From Candidatus Hadarchaeota archaeon (lineage in GTDB: Archaea > Hadarchaeota > Hadarchaeia > Hadarchaeales > JAWBSP01), in the NCBI GenBank assembly GCA_964474885.1, contig CAYYWO010000001.1, positions 51,480 through 115,479 on the forward strand: DNA of 64,000 nt, given 5' to 3'. Every line of letters begins with the position of its first letter. Positions within the stretch are counted from its first letter, which is position 1. The position numbers and the translations under genes are program-made. Shown one piece after another: positions 18,807 to 29,225 of this stretch. The notes under the pieces were generated by a model, which searched no databases, was not told where the DNA came from, and saw only the letters and a program-made list of their open reading frames with translations.

Positions 18807-20648
18807 ATGCGGCTGCTGTTCATACACGCGGATGAGCTAGAGTTTGAAGCTAAACAAAAGACGCCAGTAGCTGAAGAGACCCGACAGCTGAGAGGAGCTT
18901 TTAAGGAGGCTTTGGTAGTCTTCACAGCGGTCGAGGAAGAAGACGAGGCCAATTTGGAGAAAATCTGCGAGAATGCTGTCCGGGAGATCGAAGAAGTACT
19001 GGAGAAAGTGAACGCTCCTAGAGTTGTAATCTATCCATATGCCCATTTGAGTTCTTCTTTGGCGTCCCCAGAGTCTGCATTACGGGCTCTGAAGCTGGTG
19101 GCAAAGAAACTGGAAGAAAGAAATCGGGAAGTCTTCAGGGTCCCGTTCGGCTGGTACAAAGCGTTCACCTTGAAGTGCAAAGGTCATCCGCTGAGCGAGC
19201 TCTCGAGGGAGGTAAAAGCCGAGGAAGTACCAGCCAAGGAAGAGGTGAAAACCCCCAGCGAATTTTATGTGCTCGAGCAGGACGGCACCGAACATCAGAT
19301 CAAGCTTCCAAGACTCGACGCCACAGTCTTGCAAAAGTATCCCGAAATCAGACAATTGTTGCTCAGCGAGGAATTAGGCCAAAGAAGCGGAGCCCAGCCG
19401 ATGCATGTGAAACTCATGAGGAAACTCGAGCTCGTTGATTATGAGCCGGCTAGTGATGTGGGACATTTCCGCTTTTACCCCAAGGGGCAATTGATCAAGA
19501 ATCTTTTGCAGGATTTGGCAGTTCAGTTTGCCCAAGAATTGGGCGCGATGATAATAGAAACACCTGTCATGTATAGGGAAAGTGAGAAGGACATAGCTGG
19601 GCAAGTTTCCAGATTTCACCAGAGAGACTACCGGATCAAGCTCCCAGGCTACTCCCTTCTTTTGAGATTTGCAGGAGATTTCGGGCTTTTCCGGATGATG
19701 AAGGACGTGACAATGAGTTATAGACACCTGCCAATTAGGATATTTGAACTGACGCACTCATACAGGTTAGAACAGAGAGGAGAGTGTTTGGGTCTGAAGA
19801 GACTCCGGGCATTCACTATGCCAGACCTCCATTGCTTCTGCTTGGACATGCAACAGGCACTGGAAGAGTATCGTCTGTTGTTCTTTAAGTATGTTGAACT
19901 GACTCGCGCACTCGGTGTAGATTTTGTCATAGTCTTTAGGGTTACAAAGGAGTTTTATGCCAAGCACAAGAAGTTCATAGTTGATCTCTTAGCCGCAGTT
20001 GGGAGACCCGCCCTCATAGAAGTATTGGGTAAGCAGAAACACTACTGGGTTATGAAACACGAATTCCAGTTTATAGACTCAGCAAAAGGGAATGCCCAGC
20101 TAGCAACTATTCAATTGGATCTAGAGGATTCGGCAAGGTATGGCATTCAGTATGTGGATCAGGAAGGCAAGAAGAGGGGATGTGTGATCCTCCATTCTTC
20201 TCCAGGTTCTATTGAGCGTTTGATGTATGCCTTGCTTGAGCACGCGGGGAAACGGATAAAGGAGGGCAAGACTCCTCAGTTTCCTCTTTGGCTCTCTCCC
20301 ACGCAGGTCAGGCTGATCCCGGTTTCAGGTCAGTATACGGAGGATTGTAAGATAATAGCCAAAGAACTAGCGGAACGAAAAATCCGAGCAGATGTGGACG
20401 ATCGCGAGCTAACAGTATCAAGAAAGGTGAGGGATGCTGAGACAGAGTGGATACCCTACACTCTGGTTTTTGGTGAAGCTGAGAAATCCTCTGGTATACT
20501 GAAAGTTAGGATAAGAGGTGAGGGCACAAAAGAGATGACTTTGGGAGAGCTCGTGAAGGAGATAACGGGGAAAGTCAGAGGCATGCCCTATCGTCCTCTT
20601 CCCTTGCCTGTCCTACTTTCAAAGCGTCCCTCTTTTGCTGGGAGATAA
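18807..20648 (+). CDS. thrS: Threonine--tRNA ligase (archaeal type)
   Basis: Editing domain YPYAHLS, PFGWYK, KGHPLSELSR; YRLEQRGE, LRAFTMPDLH, GSIER. Confidence 0.96.
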   Translation: MRLLFIHADELEFEAKQKTPVAEETRQLRGAFKEALVVFTAVEEEDEANLEKICENAVREIEEVLEKVNAPRVVIYPYAHLSSSLASPESALRALKLVAKKLEERNREVFRVPFGWYKAFTLKCKGHPLSELSREVKAEEVPAKEEVKTPSEFYVLEQDGTEHQIKLPRLDATVLQKYPEIRQLLLSEELGQRSGAQPMHVKLMRKLELVDYEPASDVGHFRFYPKGQLIKNLLQDLAVQFAQELGAMIIETPVMYRESEKDIAGQVSRFHQRDYRIKLPGYSLLLRFAGDFGLFRMMKDVTMSYRHLPIRIFELTHSYRLEQRGECLGLKRLRAFTMPDLHCFCLDMQQALEEYRLLFFKYVELTRALGVDFVIVFRVTKEFYAKHKKFIVDLLAAVGRPALIEVLGKQKHYWVMKHEFQFIDSAKGNAQLATIQLDLEDSARYGIQYVDQEGKKRGCVILHSSPGSIERLMYALLEHAGKRIKEGKTPQFPLWLSPTQVRLIPVSGQYTEDCKIIAKELAERKIRADVDDRELTVSRKVRDAETEWIPYTLVFGEAEKSSGILKVRIRGEGTKEMTLGELVKEITGKVRGMPYRPLPLPVLLSKRPSFAGR

Positions 20649-20677
20649 AAAGAGCTTTTACCCTCGTTGTCGAACAA

Positions 20678-20962
20678 ATGATGCGCTACCCTGAGGTCAT
20701 CCCTCCCATTCCAGAGGAAGACGACGAAGAGGAGGAGGGGGATTGGATCGAGGATGCTAGGCTTAGTGTTGTGGAATTCCTCCTTAAAAGGTATGGTAAC
20801 CTAGCCCCCTCAGATATCGCTAAGATTTTGGGTTGGAAGGTAAGGGAAGTGAAAGAAATCCTAGTGAGGCTAGAACACTTCGGGAAGGCGGAGAGGGTAA
20901 AGGTCGGTCGCAGACAGATTTGGGTTTATAGGGACAAGCTCGCACCACTGATGTACTATTAA
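20678..20962 (+). CDS. Small winged-helix-like protein with an acidic N-terminus
   Basis: L.PSDIAKILGW....VKEIL..LE..G...R.K.GR..W pattern. Confidence 0.55.
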   Translation: MMRYPEVIPPIPEEDDEEEEGDWIEDARLSVVEFLLKRYGNLAPSDIAKILGWKVREVKEILVRLEHFGKAERVKVGRRQIWVYRDKLAPLMYY

Positions 20963-20971
20963 GGGGATGTC

Positions 20972-21403
20972 ATGAAGATGGTCGACATTTCCGGCAAAGG
21001 GGAGACTGAGAGGATGGCAGTAGCAGAAGGGAAGATCTGTCTGAAACCTGAGACTATTTCAGCGATCAAGGAAAAGAAAATACAGAAGGGTGACGTTTTT
21101 TCTGCAGCTAGCCTTGCAGTTATGCATTGGGTTAAAAGGACATCGGAGCTTCTTTTTCATTGCCATCCTGTTCCGATCAATTGGGTGAACTCAGAGTTTT
21201 CTTTTGACCCTGATGGGGTAAGGGTCAGAGTAACGGTAAAAGGGGTGGCCAAAACAGGTCTCGAGATGGAGGCTCTTGTTGGAACATGTGCGGCCTTGGT
21301 GACCATCTGGGACATGGTGAAAGCCTTGGAGAAGGACGAGGAGGGGCAATATCCGAAGACAGAGATAACAAGTATCAAAGTGTTGCATAAACTGAAAAGA
21401 TGA
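20972..21403 (+). CDS. moaC: Cyclic pyranopterin monophosphate synthase
   Basis: MVDISGK, KGDV, CHPV, TGLEMEAL, IWDMVK. Confidence 0.95.
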   Translation: MKMVDISGKGETERMAVAEGKICLKPETISAIKEKKIQKGDVFSAASLAVMHWVKRTSELLFHCHPVPINWVNSEFSFDPDGVRVRVTVKGVAKTGLEMEALVGTCAALVTIWDMVKALEKDEEGQYPKTEITSIKVLHKLKR

Positions 21404-21894
21404 GCTACGAAATTCATCGAGCTAAGTCGCCTCAAAACCTGCGGATAGCAGTTGTGACTATAAGTGACAAGAGGGCAAAAGGGGAGCCTGATATTTCAGG
21501 GGATATTGCTGAGGGGAAACTGACCAAGACGGGGTGGGAAGTTGTGAGAGAAATAGTACCCAATGATAAGCAAAAGATACGGGAAGTTGTAGAGAAATAC
21601 ATGCGGGATGTGGACGTAATAGTGACTATTGGGGGAACTGGCATCACCTCGAGGGATCTAACTATTGAGACCATCCGCCCTCTGTTAGAGAAGGAGCTAC
21701 CCGGTTTTGGTGAAATGCTTAGGCACCTAGGATATCAGAAAATAGGAACCCCAGCGCTTCTTTCACGTGCATTAGCGGGGGCCAGGGATGGCAAACTGAT
21801 ATTCTGTTTGCCAGGAGCTCCAAATGCTGTCGCCATCGGGCTCGACCTTATCCTTCCTGATCTGCCACATCTTCTGAAACATGCGAGAGAATGA
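21400..21894 (+). CDS. moaB: Molybdopterin adenylyltransferase (MoaB/MogA)
   Basis: VVTISD, D.SG, GGTGITSRDLT, LPGFGE, SRA, LPG. Confidence 0.92.
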   Translation: MSYEIHRAKSPQNLRIAVVTISDKRAKGEPDISGDIAEGKLTKTGWEVVREIVPNDKQKIREVVEKYMRDVDVIVTIGGTGITSRDLTIETIRPLLEKELPGFGEMLRHLGYQKIGTPALLSRALAGARDGKLIFCLPGAPNAVAIGLDLILPDLPHLLKHARE

Positions 21895-23095
21895 GGCTTT
21901 TTACAGTCTTACTAAGCTGGACGAGGCGCTAAAATCAATCGAGGAAAAATTTTCACCTCTGCCTGAAGAGAGAGTAGATCTTCTCAAATCGATGGGTAGG
22001 ATCTCTGCTGAGGATGTTTTGGCACCTATAGATGTTCCTCCGTTTGATCGGGCAGCCATGGATGGATATGCTGTTAGGGCTTGCGATGTTCGGGAGGCTA
22101 CTGAACTTCGCCCAGTGAGGCTCAAAAAGGTAACAGGCGGGGAGTTGGGTCGAGGGGAGGCGACAGAGGTTCTTACCGGAGCACGCTTGCCAGAGGGGGC
22201 GGATGCGGTTTTTCCAAAAGAATATGCAAGAGTGCAGGACTCTGAGATCCTTGTAACAAGATCTCTGCCTCCCTATGCCAACGTCTCTAAGAAGGGAGAA
22301 GATGTCTCAAGGGGCCAAGTGATTCTTTTCAAGGGACAACGGGTCTCACCATTCCGCATAGGATTATTGGCTGCATGTGGAATACATGAGCTAAAGGTGG
22401 TGAAGAAGCCCAAGATTGGCATAGTACCCACAGGTGAGGAGCTCATCGCACCTGGTCAAGAGCTTAGTGATGGCAAGATTTATGAGTCAAACGGACCGGC
22501 GCTTTATTGTTTGCTAAAAGAACTGGGAGCAGAACCCGTTCTTTTTGACCCTCTCAGGGATGATCCTGCAAAAATTCGTGAAACTTTGCTCCGCCTTTCT
22601 GGTCAAGATTTTGACTTAATACTGTTAATAGGTGGGAGTTCAGTTGGGAAGAGAGATTTTGCTCCCCAAGCCATATCTGAGGCGGGTGAGCTCATCTTCC
22701 ACGGTGTAGCTATTCGTCCGGGTGCTCCTACCTCCTTCGGCATAGTTAACGGCAAGCCAGTATTCTCACTTCCTGGATTCCCGGCCGGCTGCCTTATGTC
22801 TTTTGAATTACTGGTTAAGCCCGCGGTGAGGAAGATGCTCAGCAGCCGAGAAAGAGAACTGACATTGAAAGCCAGACTAACTCGTCGCATTTTTTCAATT
22901 CTGGGACGTCTAGAAGCAATTAGAGTGAAACTCGAAATAGAAAAAGGGGAGTATTTAGCCTACCCCCTTAGATCTGGTTCGAGCATTCTTTCCTCTTTGG
23001 TAAAAGCAGACGGATTGCTTCTTGTGCCTGAAGACGTTGAAAGGATTGAGGCAGGGACCAACGTTGAAATTCGAACTTTCAAAACTGCGGATTAG
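21881..23095 (+). CDS. moeA: Molybdopterin molybdo/tungstotransferase MoeA, paralog 1
   Basis: PPFDRAAMDGYAV, TGEEL, GGSSVG, RPGAP, LPGFP. Confidence 0.93.
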   Translation: MRENEAFYSLTKLDEALKSIEEKFSPLPEERVDLLKSMGRISAEDVLAPIDVPPFDRAAMDGYAVRACDVREATELRPVRLKKVTGGELGRGEATEVLTGARLPEGADAVFPKEYARVQDSEILVTRSLPPYANVSKKGEDVSRGQVILFKGQRVSPFRIGLLAACGIHELKVVKKPKIGIVPTGEELIAPGQELSDGKIYESNGPALYCLLKELGAEPVLFDPLRDDPAKIRETLLRLSGQDFDLILLIGGSSVGKRDFAPQAISEAGELIFHGVAIRPGAPTSFGIVNGKPVFSLPGFPAGCLMSFELLVKPAVRKMLSSRERELTLKARLTRRIFSILGRLEAIRVKLEIEKGEYLAYPLRSGSSILSSLVKADGLLLVPEDVERIEAGTNVEIRTFKTAD

Positions 23096-23519
23096 GCCAG
23101 TCAAGGAGGAGGAACTCCTCCGAATTTTCGAGATAGAGCGTCAATCATTCAAGGATCCCTATCCAATTGATTTACTCAGGTATTTGCTCCGGTCAAATCC
23201 ACTCAGTTTTTTGGTGGCAGAATTTGCAGGAAAGATCGTCGGCTATGTGATAGGAACGGTGAGATTTCCGAACATGGGGCATGTTCTGAACATTGCCGTG
23301 GATCCTCAATTTCGGAGGAGGGGTGTTGGAACCGCACTGATGAAAAAACTCATGGAATACTTTAGGGGCAGGGGCGTCAGCCTGGTCAGACTCGAAGCTA
23401 GAGAGAGTAATCGTTCAGCTCACAAGTTCTATCTTTCGCTCGGTTTTGAAATGATTGGAAAAGTGCCCCTCTATTACTCGGATGGTGAGACGGCCTTTCT
23501 CTTCGAGAAAGAGCTCTAG
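23064..23519 (+). CDS. rimI: RimI/Ard1-type N-acetyltransferase
   Basis: IAVDPQFRRRGVG, LEARESN, FY, YYSDGE; the start codon is uncertain. Confidence 0.88.
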   Translation: MKFELSKLRIRPVKEEELLRIFEIERQSFKDPYPIDLLRYLLRSNPLSFLVAEFAGKIVGYVIGTVRFPNMGHVLNIAVDPQFRRRGVGTALMKKLMEYFRGRGVSLVRLEARESNRSAHKFYLSLGFEMIGKVPLYYSDGETAFLFEKEL

Positions 23520-24646
23520 TGTTTGAAGAGTTCCTCTTGGGTGAGAACACGTACACCGGGTGGGGCTTTAGGGATGTCCTTCCTGACGCAGACGATGAGT
23601 TCCACGCCACGTGTTACAGCCATCTTTACGAGCTCCTCAGTAGCAACGCCATCCATCACGATGGCCCAAACTCCCTCTGTTGAGGAAAGTTGTTGTTTTA
23701 TCTCTCTCACAGGCACCTCTTTTATTTGTTCAAGGGATTTCGAAAAGAACTTTGCTCTCAGAGTTCCCCGCAAGTTTGCAGCCTCTGCAGAGAGTTTTCT
23801 CATCCTTTCGTCTATAAGTTCAGTCTTTCCATAGGTGCTGGCGGGCACTTTGTTCCTGAGCGCTTTGTAAATTTCTTTAGTGGTTAATTCTTCTACACTT
23901 TTACCTTGAGGGGGTCGAGCCACGTAGTCAATGTCCGCCACCTGCATTAGTTCCTTTAGAATAAGATCTCCCCCCCTATCATTATCGACGAAGACTGTAG
24001 TCAGTTTTTTGTTCATGAGTTCTATTATTGGTTTGGGTATCTGTCCAGCACCACCGATTGCTATGACATTCTTTATTCCGGCCCGGAGAAGGTTGAGCAC
24101 ATCAGCCCTGCCCTCAACTACAATTAAGGAATCGGATGACTCCACGGCTGGGCCGGCCGGTAGTCCAGCATACTCGCGTATTTCAGCCTGTTGGACGGTT
24201 TCTCTGAGCCCCCTAATTATCTCTTGGGTCTCAGGACTTTCAATTATTCGTACGAGTTCTTTGGCCCTTCTAACTATTTGTTCCCTCTTTTTTTCTCTGA
24301 CGTCCTCAATTTTTTCCACGGTGATCTTAGCTTCACAGGGTCCAACTCGGTCGATGGATTCTAGAGCAGCTGCTAGCAGGCAAGTCTCCATCTTGTCAAG
24401 ACTTGACGGGAGGAGGATAGTTCCTCTAGTTTTTCCCTGCTCGGAGGTTATGTTCACCTTGATCCTGCCTACCTTCCCTGTTCTTAGGAGTTCTCTTAAC
24501 TCTAGCTCTTCTCCCAGCAAGCCCTCGGTCTGGCCAAAGATAGCTCCAATTACATCGGGGGGCTCTACAACCCCGTTGACTTCAAGAGAAGCCTGAATCA
24601 AGTATTTGATTCCCCTCTCCAGTTCTTCGTTCTTGATCCTGTTCAC
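23516..24646 (-). CDS. dnaG: Archaeal DnaG (exosome-associated primase homolog)
   Basis: DVIGAIFGQTEGLLG, DRVGPC, VVEGRADV, DNDRGG. Confidence 0.95.
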   Translation of the reverse strand: MNRIKNEELERGIKYLIQASLEVNGVVEPPDVIGAIFGQTEGLLGEELELRELLRTGKVGRIKVNITSEQGKTRGTILLPSSLDKMETCLLAAALESIDRVGPCEAKITVEKIEDVREKKREQIVRRAKELVRIIESPETQEIIRGLRETVQQAEIREYAGLPAGPAVESSDSLIVVEGRADVLNLLRAGIKNVIAIGGAGQIPKPIIELMNKKLTTVFVDNDRGGDLILKELMQVADIDYVARPPQGKSVEELTTKEIYKALRNKVPASTYGKTELIDERMRKLSAEAANLRGTLRAKFFSKSLEQIKEVPVREIKQQLSSTEGVWAIVMDGVATEELVKMAVTRGVELIVCVRKDIPKAPPGVRVLTQEELFKH

Positions 24647-25071
24647 CTTCTCATCTCCAGAAGGGCTCTTAATTTAACTAAATTCTCTACGCCTTTAAAC
24701 CTCTTGCCTAATGCGTGTAATTTGCGATAGGGTTCGAAAACAGGCCGCACACCAGATCTCTGCAAGAGTTTGACGCACATATCCGCAAGTTCCTCTCCCC
24801 GGCGGTCAAAATCGGTTAGGACCACGGCTTGTCTTGATTTTATCCCCTCTATTATTGACACTATCCTTCCCCTTCTCTTAAGTTCTATTATCTCCCCGCG
24901 GATGCCCAGTTCTAGTAAGGCTTCTCTGTCCTTTTTACCCTCAACGATAATGGGAGTACCACTCATTGAAAGTTTTCTGATCTCCTCCAAGCTATCGAGG
25001 GCTCTCTTCACGGCCTCAGGGTCGAGATCGCTTAAACCTGCTGTTCTATCCAGATGCCTTTTCCTGTACAT
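24643..25071 (-). CDS. Small TOPRIM-domain protein (RNase M5-like)
   Basis: IIVEGKKD and LTDFDRRG; start chosen at MYRKRH, alternative 25098. Confidence 0.85.
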   Translation of the reverse strand: MYRKRHLDRTAGLSDLDPEAVKRALDSLEEIRKLSMSGTPIIVEGKKDREALLELGIRGEIIELKRRGRIVSIIEGIKSRQAVVLTDFDRRGEELADMCVKLLQRSGVRPVFEPYRKLHALGKRFKGVENLVKLRALLEMRR

Positions 25072-25178
25072 TATTTTATAAACACCGAGATTTGGCATAA
25101 AGCAAACTTGGATAGCCCACGTCTGCTCACAGCCTTACCATGGATCTTGCACGTACGAGATTCATTTATCTTTGCCAT
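25071..25178 (-). CDS. Possible 35-aa basic micro-ORF
   Basis: MAKINESRTCKIHGKAVSRRGLSKFALCQISVFIK*; it fills the gap and its TAA overlaps the next ATG (TAATG). Confidence 0.3.
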   Translation of the reverse strand: MAKINESRTCKIHGKAVSRRGLSKFALCQISVFIK

Positions 25179-25196
25179 CCACATTAGATCGATAGA

Positions 25197-25730
25197 TTAA
25201 GCATGCCTTTTCAGCAGGAGTTCGAGTTTCTTCTTTGTGGTGGCTCTTTCAGGGCTCTGTTTAAAAGACTCTAGCGTTTCTTTGCGTTCCCAAGGATAAA
25301 CTACCCAGCTCCTAGTTTCCTTCACGAAATAATGGGGCCTGAACCTACTCCACGGTTTGTAATGGAGGGTTGCAGTCCGCAATTGTTCAGGTCTTTTTGC
25401 TTCGACATGCCTAACAGCTAAAGCCAAAGATTCGCCGGTGTCCGACACATCGTCCACTACCAGAACTTTTTGTCCTCTTACATTCAAATTCAAGGGACAA
25501 ACTATCTCAGCACGTTTTTCCGTTTTTCCTGGTGCCCTGTAAAACCTTACTTGAAGGCTCGAGAGCAGTAGAGTGCCCAATTCGTCGGAGAGAATTCTAG
25601 CAACAGGAAAACCTCCTCTGCTTATGGCGACAATTGAATCTGGTTCAAACCCGCTCTTTTTGATCTTTTCCCCCAATTTTCTGGCCATTCGGTCTACTTC
25701 GGACCATGTGAGAAACAGGAATCTCATCAA
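25197..25730 (-). CDS. Purine-type phosphoribosyltransferase
   Basis: AISRGG, VLVVDDVSDTGES, WVVYPWE. Confidence 0.9.
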   Translation of the reverse strand: MMRFLFLTWSEVDRMARKLGEKIKKSGFEPDSIVAISRGGFPVARILSDELGTLLLSSLQVRFYRAPGKTEKRAEIVCPLNLNVRGQKVLVVDDVSDTGESLALAVRHVEAKRPEQLRTATLHYKPWSRFRPHYFVKETRSWVVYPWERKETLESFKQSPERATTKKKLELLLKRHA

Positions 25731-26266
25731 TAAGGCTTGTCCTTAAGTCCCAATTTGAACGCCAAGACGTTTGTGCCCCAATGTAGGAAAGGTGTCACGA
25801 CAAGCAAAATAAAAAGAATTTCTTTTGGTGGCCAGATTACAGTCCCCGCGAATAAAACTGCAGTTATCAGGAAGTCTAGTTGATCGAGCAGAGCCGCAGG
25901 CTCTCCTCTCGGTATGTCGAGTCTTCTTTTAATGAAACTTCCGACTAAGTCCCCTATTAATGCCCCAGAGGACAGCAGGAAGGACAGCTGTAAGTAGATG
26001 GAGAGGGTACTTAAGCCTGGCAATGGTTCTTCTATCCAGACATAGGGGTGCAGGAGAGCAAGGATTACGCCAGTTAATGTACCTGCTAGAACCCCCCCTA
26101 TGAACCCTCTGATGGTCTTGCCAGGTCCGAAAAGTGGCTTGCCGTCAATGAACTTCTTACCCAAATCAATAGGAGTTCCCCCTCCCAGCACAACCGGAGA
26201 CGAATTGGCGACGTAGGCTGGGAGGATGAACCAAAAGGCTGTGGCTAGGGCTCTTAGCACGTCCAT
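25727..26266 (-). CDS. carS: CDP-archaeol synthase
   Basis: LPAYVAN, PID.GK...DG...FG.GKT, GDLVGSFIKRR, DQLDF. Confidence 0.93.
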   Translation of the reverse strand: MDVLRALATAFWFILPAYVANSSPVVLGGGTPIDLGKKFIDGKPLFGPGKTIRGFIGGVLAGTLTGVILALLHPYVWIEEPLPGLSTLSIYLQLSFLLSSGALIGDLVGSFIKRRLDIPRGEPAALLDQLDFLITAVLFAGTVIWPPKEILFILLVVTPFLHWGTNVLAFKLGLKDKPY

Positions 26267-26321
26267 TCAATTGAGTCAACCGAAAAAGATTTAAAAGGGG
26301 GGAGATGTTACTTCATTGAAG

Positions 26322-27959
26322 ATGGCGGCAGAGAGGGGTGTCCCCGGTGCACTGGTGATCCTGCCCGAGAAAACTGCAAGATTCGTTGGTAGGGATGCCC
26401 AACACATGAATATTTTGGCTGCCAAAACGGTTGCAGAAGTGGTCAGGACGACTCTAGGCCCGAAAGGAATGGACAAGATGTTGGTTGACAGCATGGGTGA
26501 TGTGACGATAACGAATGACGGTGCAACGATCTTGAAGGAAATTGATGTGGAACATCCTGCTGCGAAGATGATGGTTGAAATTTCAAAAACTCAGGATAAT
26601 GAGGTTGGCGACGGTACGACAACAACAGTAGTTCTGGCGGGGGAACTGTTGAAAAAAGCTGAGGAGCTACTGGAAAAAGACATCCACACTACTACAATAG
26701 TTGAAGGCTTCCGGATGGCGGCAGAGAAGGCCATTGAGGTTCTAAATAAGATTGCTGTACCGATCTCAAGGGAAGACAGGGAGAAACTAAAACTTGTAGC
26801 ATTAACAGCCCTTTCAGGGAAGGGGGTAACTGAGGTCGAAAGACTTGCCGAACTTTGTGTAGAGGCTATCCTTCAGGTAACTGAGGAGAGAGATGGTAAG
26901 CTGAAGGCAGTTGTTGATCACGTAAAAGTCGACAAGAGGATAGGTGGTAGTGCACTCGACACGAGGCTGGTTAAGGGGATAGTCCTGGATAAAGAGGTAG
27001 TTCATCCAGGCATGCCCAAGCGAATAGAGAAGGCAAAAATTGCACTGTTGAACTGTGCTTTGGAGGTCAAGCAAACCGAAACTAAGGCTAAGATTAGAAT
27101 AAGCTCACCAGAGCAGATAAAGGCATTTTTGGACGAGGAGCAGCAAATCCTCAAAGATATGGTAGAACAAATAAAGAAGGTTGGTGCCAATGTTGTTATT
27201 TGCCAAAAGGGAATAGATGACATCGCACAGCACTTCTTAGCTAAGGCCGGTATACTAGCTGTCAGAAGGGTGAAGGAATCGGATATGGAGAAATTGTCAA
27301 GGGCCACAGGGGGAAAAATTGTCACGAGCATAAAGGAGCTCACCCCTGCCGATCTCGGAGAAGCTCAGCTGGTGGAAGAGAGGAAAGTTGCAGGGGAGAA
27401 GATGGTGTTCATTGAGGGATGTAAGAATCCTAAGTCGGTCTCGATTCTGGTGAGAGGCGGTGCCGAGCACATAGTGGACGAGGCCGAGAGAGGAATCCAC
27501 GATGCTCTCTGTGTTTTGTCGGTTGCCCTAGAGGAAGGAAAAGTCTTAGGTGGGGGAGGGGCACCGGAGATTGAGATATCAAAAACGCTCCGCGACTATG
27601 CGGAGACGGTTGGAGGAAAGGAAGCTTTAGCCGTTCAAGCTTTTGCCGATGCGATGGAGGTGATTCCAAAGACATTAGCCGAAAATGCAGGCTTGGATCC
27701 AGTAGACATACTCACCCAGCTCAAGGCTGAGCACTCAAAGCCCAAGTCTGAATTCATCGGCTTGGACGCTGTTAGTGGGAAGATACTAAACACTCTTGAT
27801 TTAGGTATCATCGAGCCGCTGAAAGTAAAAGCTCAAGCTGTCAAGTCAGCCAGTGAAGCTGCCGAGATGATTCTTCGAATAGATGATGTGATTGCAGCTG
27901 GGAAGCTGGAGAAGGAAGAGAAGGAGAAAGAAAAAACCCCCTCAACAGAAGAATTCTAA
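26322..27959 (+). CDS. ths: Thermosome (group II chaperonin) subunit
   Basis: [30 protein letters not shown]. Confidence 0.97.
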   Translation: MAAERGVPGALVILPEKTARFVGRDAQHMNILAAKTVAEVVRTTLGPKGMDKMLVDSMGDVTITNDGATILKEIDVEHPAAKMMVEISKTQDNEVGDGTTTTVVLAGELLKKAEELLEKDIHTTTIVEGFRMAAEKAIEVLNKIAVPISREDREKLKLVALTALSGKGVTEVERLAELCVEAILQVTEERDGKLKAVVDHVKVDKRIGGSALDTRLVKGIVLDKEVVHPGMPKRIEKAKIALLNCALEVKQTETKAKIRISSPEQIKAFLDEEQQILKDMVEQIKKVGANVVICQKGIDDIAQHFLAKAGILAVRRVKESDMEKLSRATGGKIVTSIKELTPADLGEAQLVEERKVAGEKMVFIEGCKNPKSVSILVRGGAEHIVDEAERGIHDALCVLSVALEEGKVLGGGGAPEIEISKTLRDYAETVGGKEALAVQAFADAMEVIPKTLAENAGLDPVDILTQLKAEHSKPKSEFIGLDAVSGKILNTLDLGIIEPLKVKAQAVKSASEAAEMILRIDDVIAAGKLEKEEKEKEKTPSTEEF

Positions 27960-27968
27960 GGGATTACC

Positions 27969-28181
27969 CTGGGATTCCTTCTAGACCATTATAAAAAGAG
28001 AAAGAGCTATACCCGCTTTGAAAAAGCGAGAATAATAGGTGCGAGAGCCCTTCAGATCTCGTTGGGAGCACCCGTCTTAGTAGAAGTTCCTGAACATCTC
28101 AAAGATCCGATAGATATAGCGATGTACGAGTTTGAACAAGGAGCATGCCCCATCACAGTTGTGAGAAAGACCGAGAAGTAA
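27969..28181 (+). CDS. rpoK: RNA polymerase subunit Rpo6 (K); non-canonical start, not in the ORF track
   Basis: Translates to ...[25 protein letters not shown]...[17 protein letters not shown]; no in-frame ATG/GTG/TTG upstream of the core, CTG at 27969 is the best candidate. Confidence 0.92.
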   Translation: MGFLLDHYKKRKSYTRFEKARIIGARALQISLGAPVLVEVPEHLKDPIDIAMYEFEQGACPITVVRKTEK

Positions 28182-28199
28182 AAGGACAATTAGTCATTA

Positions 28200-29225
28200 A
28201 TGGGAGTTCAGATTGGGGATCTCGTTCCCTCTGAGGAAATACCGCTGGAACAGCTAGCCGGAAAAAGAATAGCGATCGATGCTTTGAACATGCTTCATCA
28301 GTTCGTCTCAATAATCCGCCAGAGAGATGGTGAGCCGCTAATGGATTCAAAGGGGAGGATAACCTCACACCTGTCCGGAATCTTTTATCGCACAGCAAAC
28401 TTGGTGGAGATAGGGATAAAACCCATTTATGTTTTCGATGGTGAGCCCCCTCTTCTGAAGCAGGAAACGTTGAGGCGAAGAGCGCTTACTAGGGAAGAAG
28501 CCGAGAGGGAGTGGAAAGAGGCACTGGAAAGGGGAGACTTAGTAGATGCCAGAAAGTATGCTCAGCAGGCAGGTAGGGTTACCGAAGAGATGGTTGAGCA
28601 GACTAAACGTCTCCTCGATTTAATGGGAATCCCTTGGATACAGGCGCCTAGTGAAGGGGAGGCACAAGCGGCACATTTGGTGGAAAAAGGCGATGCTTGG
28701 GCTTCTGCCAGTCAGGATTTTGATAGCTTGCTTTTTGGTGCACCTGTGTTGGTAAGGAACTTGGCTCTGACAGGCAGGAGAAAGCTTCCTGGGAAGGATG
28801 CCTACGTCGAAGTTAAACCAGAAAGGATCGAGTTAAAAAAGGTTTTAGATAGCTTAGGCATTTCTAGGGAACAGCTGATAGACATAGGAGTGTTAGTTGG
28901 AACCGACTTCAACGAGGGGATAAAGGGAATCGGACCCAAAAGAGCGCTCGAGCTGATTCGCAAGTATGGCTCGTTGGAGAAGATAGTCGAGCTTAAGCTC
29001 TTTCAATTTGATGTGGATCCTCTGCAGGTCAAGGAGATCTTTCTACATCACCGAGTTACGGACGATTACAAGATCGAGTGGAGGGAGGCGGATCCAGAGG
29101 GAATAAAGGAGTTTCTTTGCGAGGAGTTCGATTTTTCCCTCGAGAGGGTTCAAACGGGTATAGACAAACTACTCAAAGGAAGGACCAAGAGCGGGCAGAC
29201 TTCTTTAGAGCGCTGGTTTAGTTGA
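28200..29225 (+). CDS. fen: Flap endonuclease 1
   Basis: [32 protein letters not shown]; C-terminal PIP box QTSLERWF. Confidence 0.97.
   Translation: MGVQIGDLVPSEEIPLEQLAGKRIAIDALNMLHQFVSIIRQRDGEPLMDSKGRITSHLSGIFYRTANLVEIGIKPIYVFDGEPPLLKQETLRRRALTREEAEREWKEALERGDLVDARKYAQQAGRVTEEMVEQTKRLLDLMGIPWIQAPSEGEAQAAHLVEKGDAWASASQDFDSLLFGAPVLVRNLALTGRRKLPGKDAYVEVKPERIELKKVLDSLGISREQLIDIGVLVGTDFNEGIKGIGPKRALELIRKYGSLEKIVELKLFQFDVDPLQVKEIFLHHRVTDDYKIEWREADPEGIKEFLCEEFDFSLERVQTGIDKLLKGRTKSGQTSLERWFS

Noticed and set aside
23931-24596. Long antisense ORFs (e.g. 221 aa opposite dnaG, 227 aa opposite aglB, 204 aa opposite ftsZ)
   Set aside because: Shadow ORFs on the opposite strand of well-supported genes, with no protein motifs.
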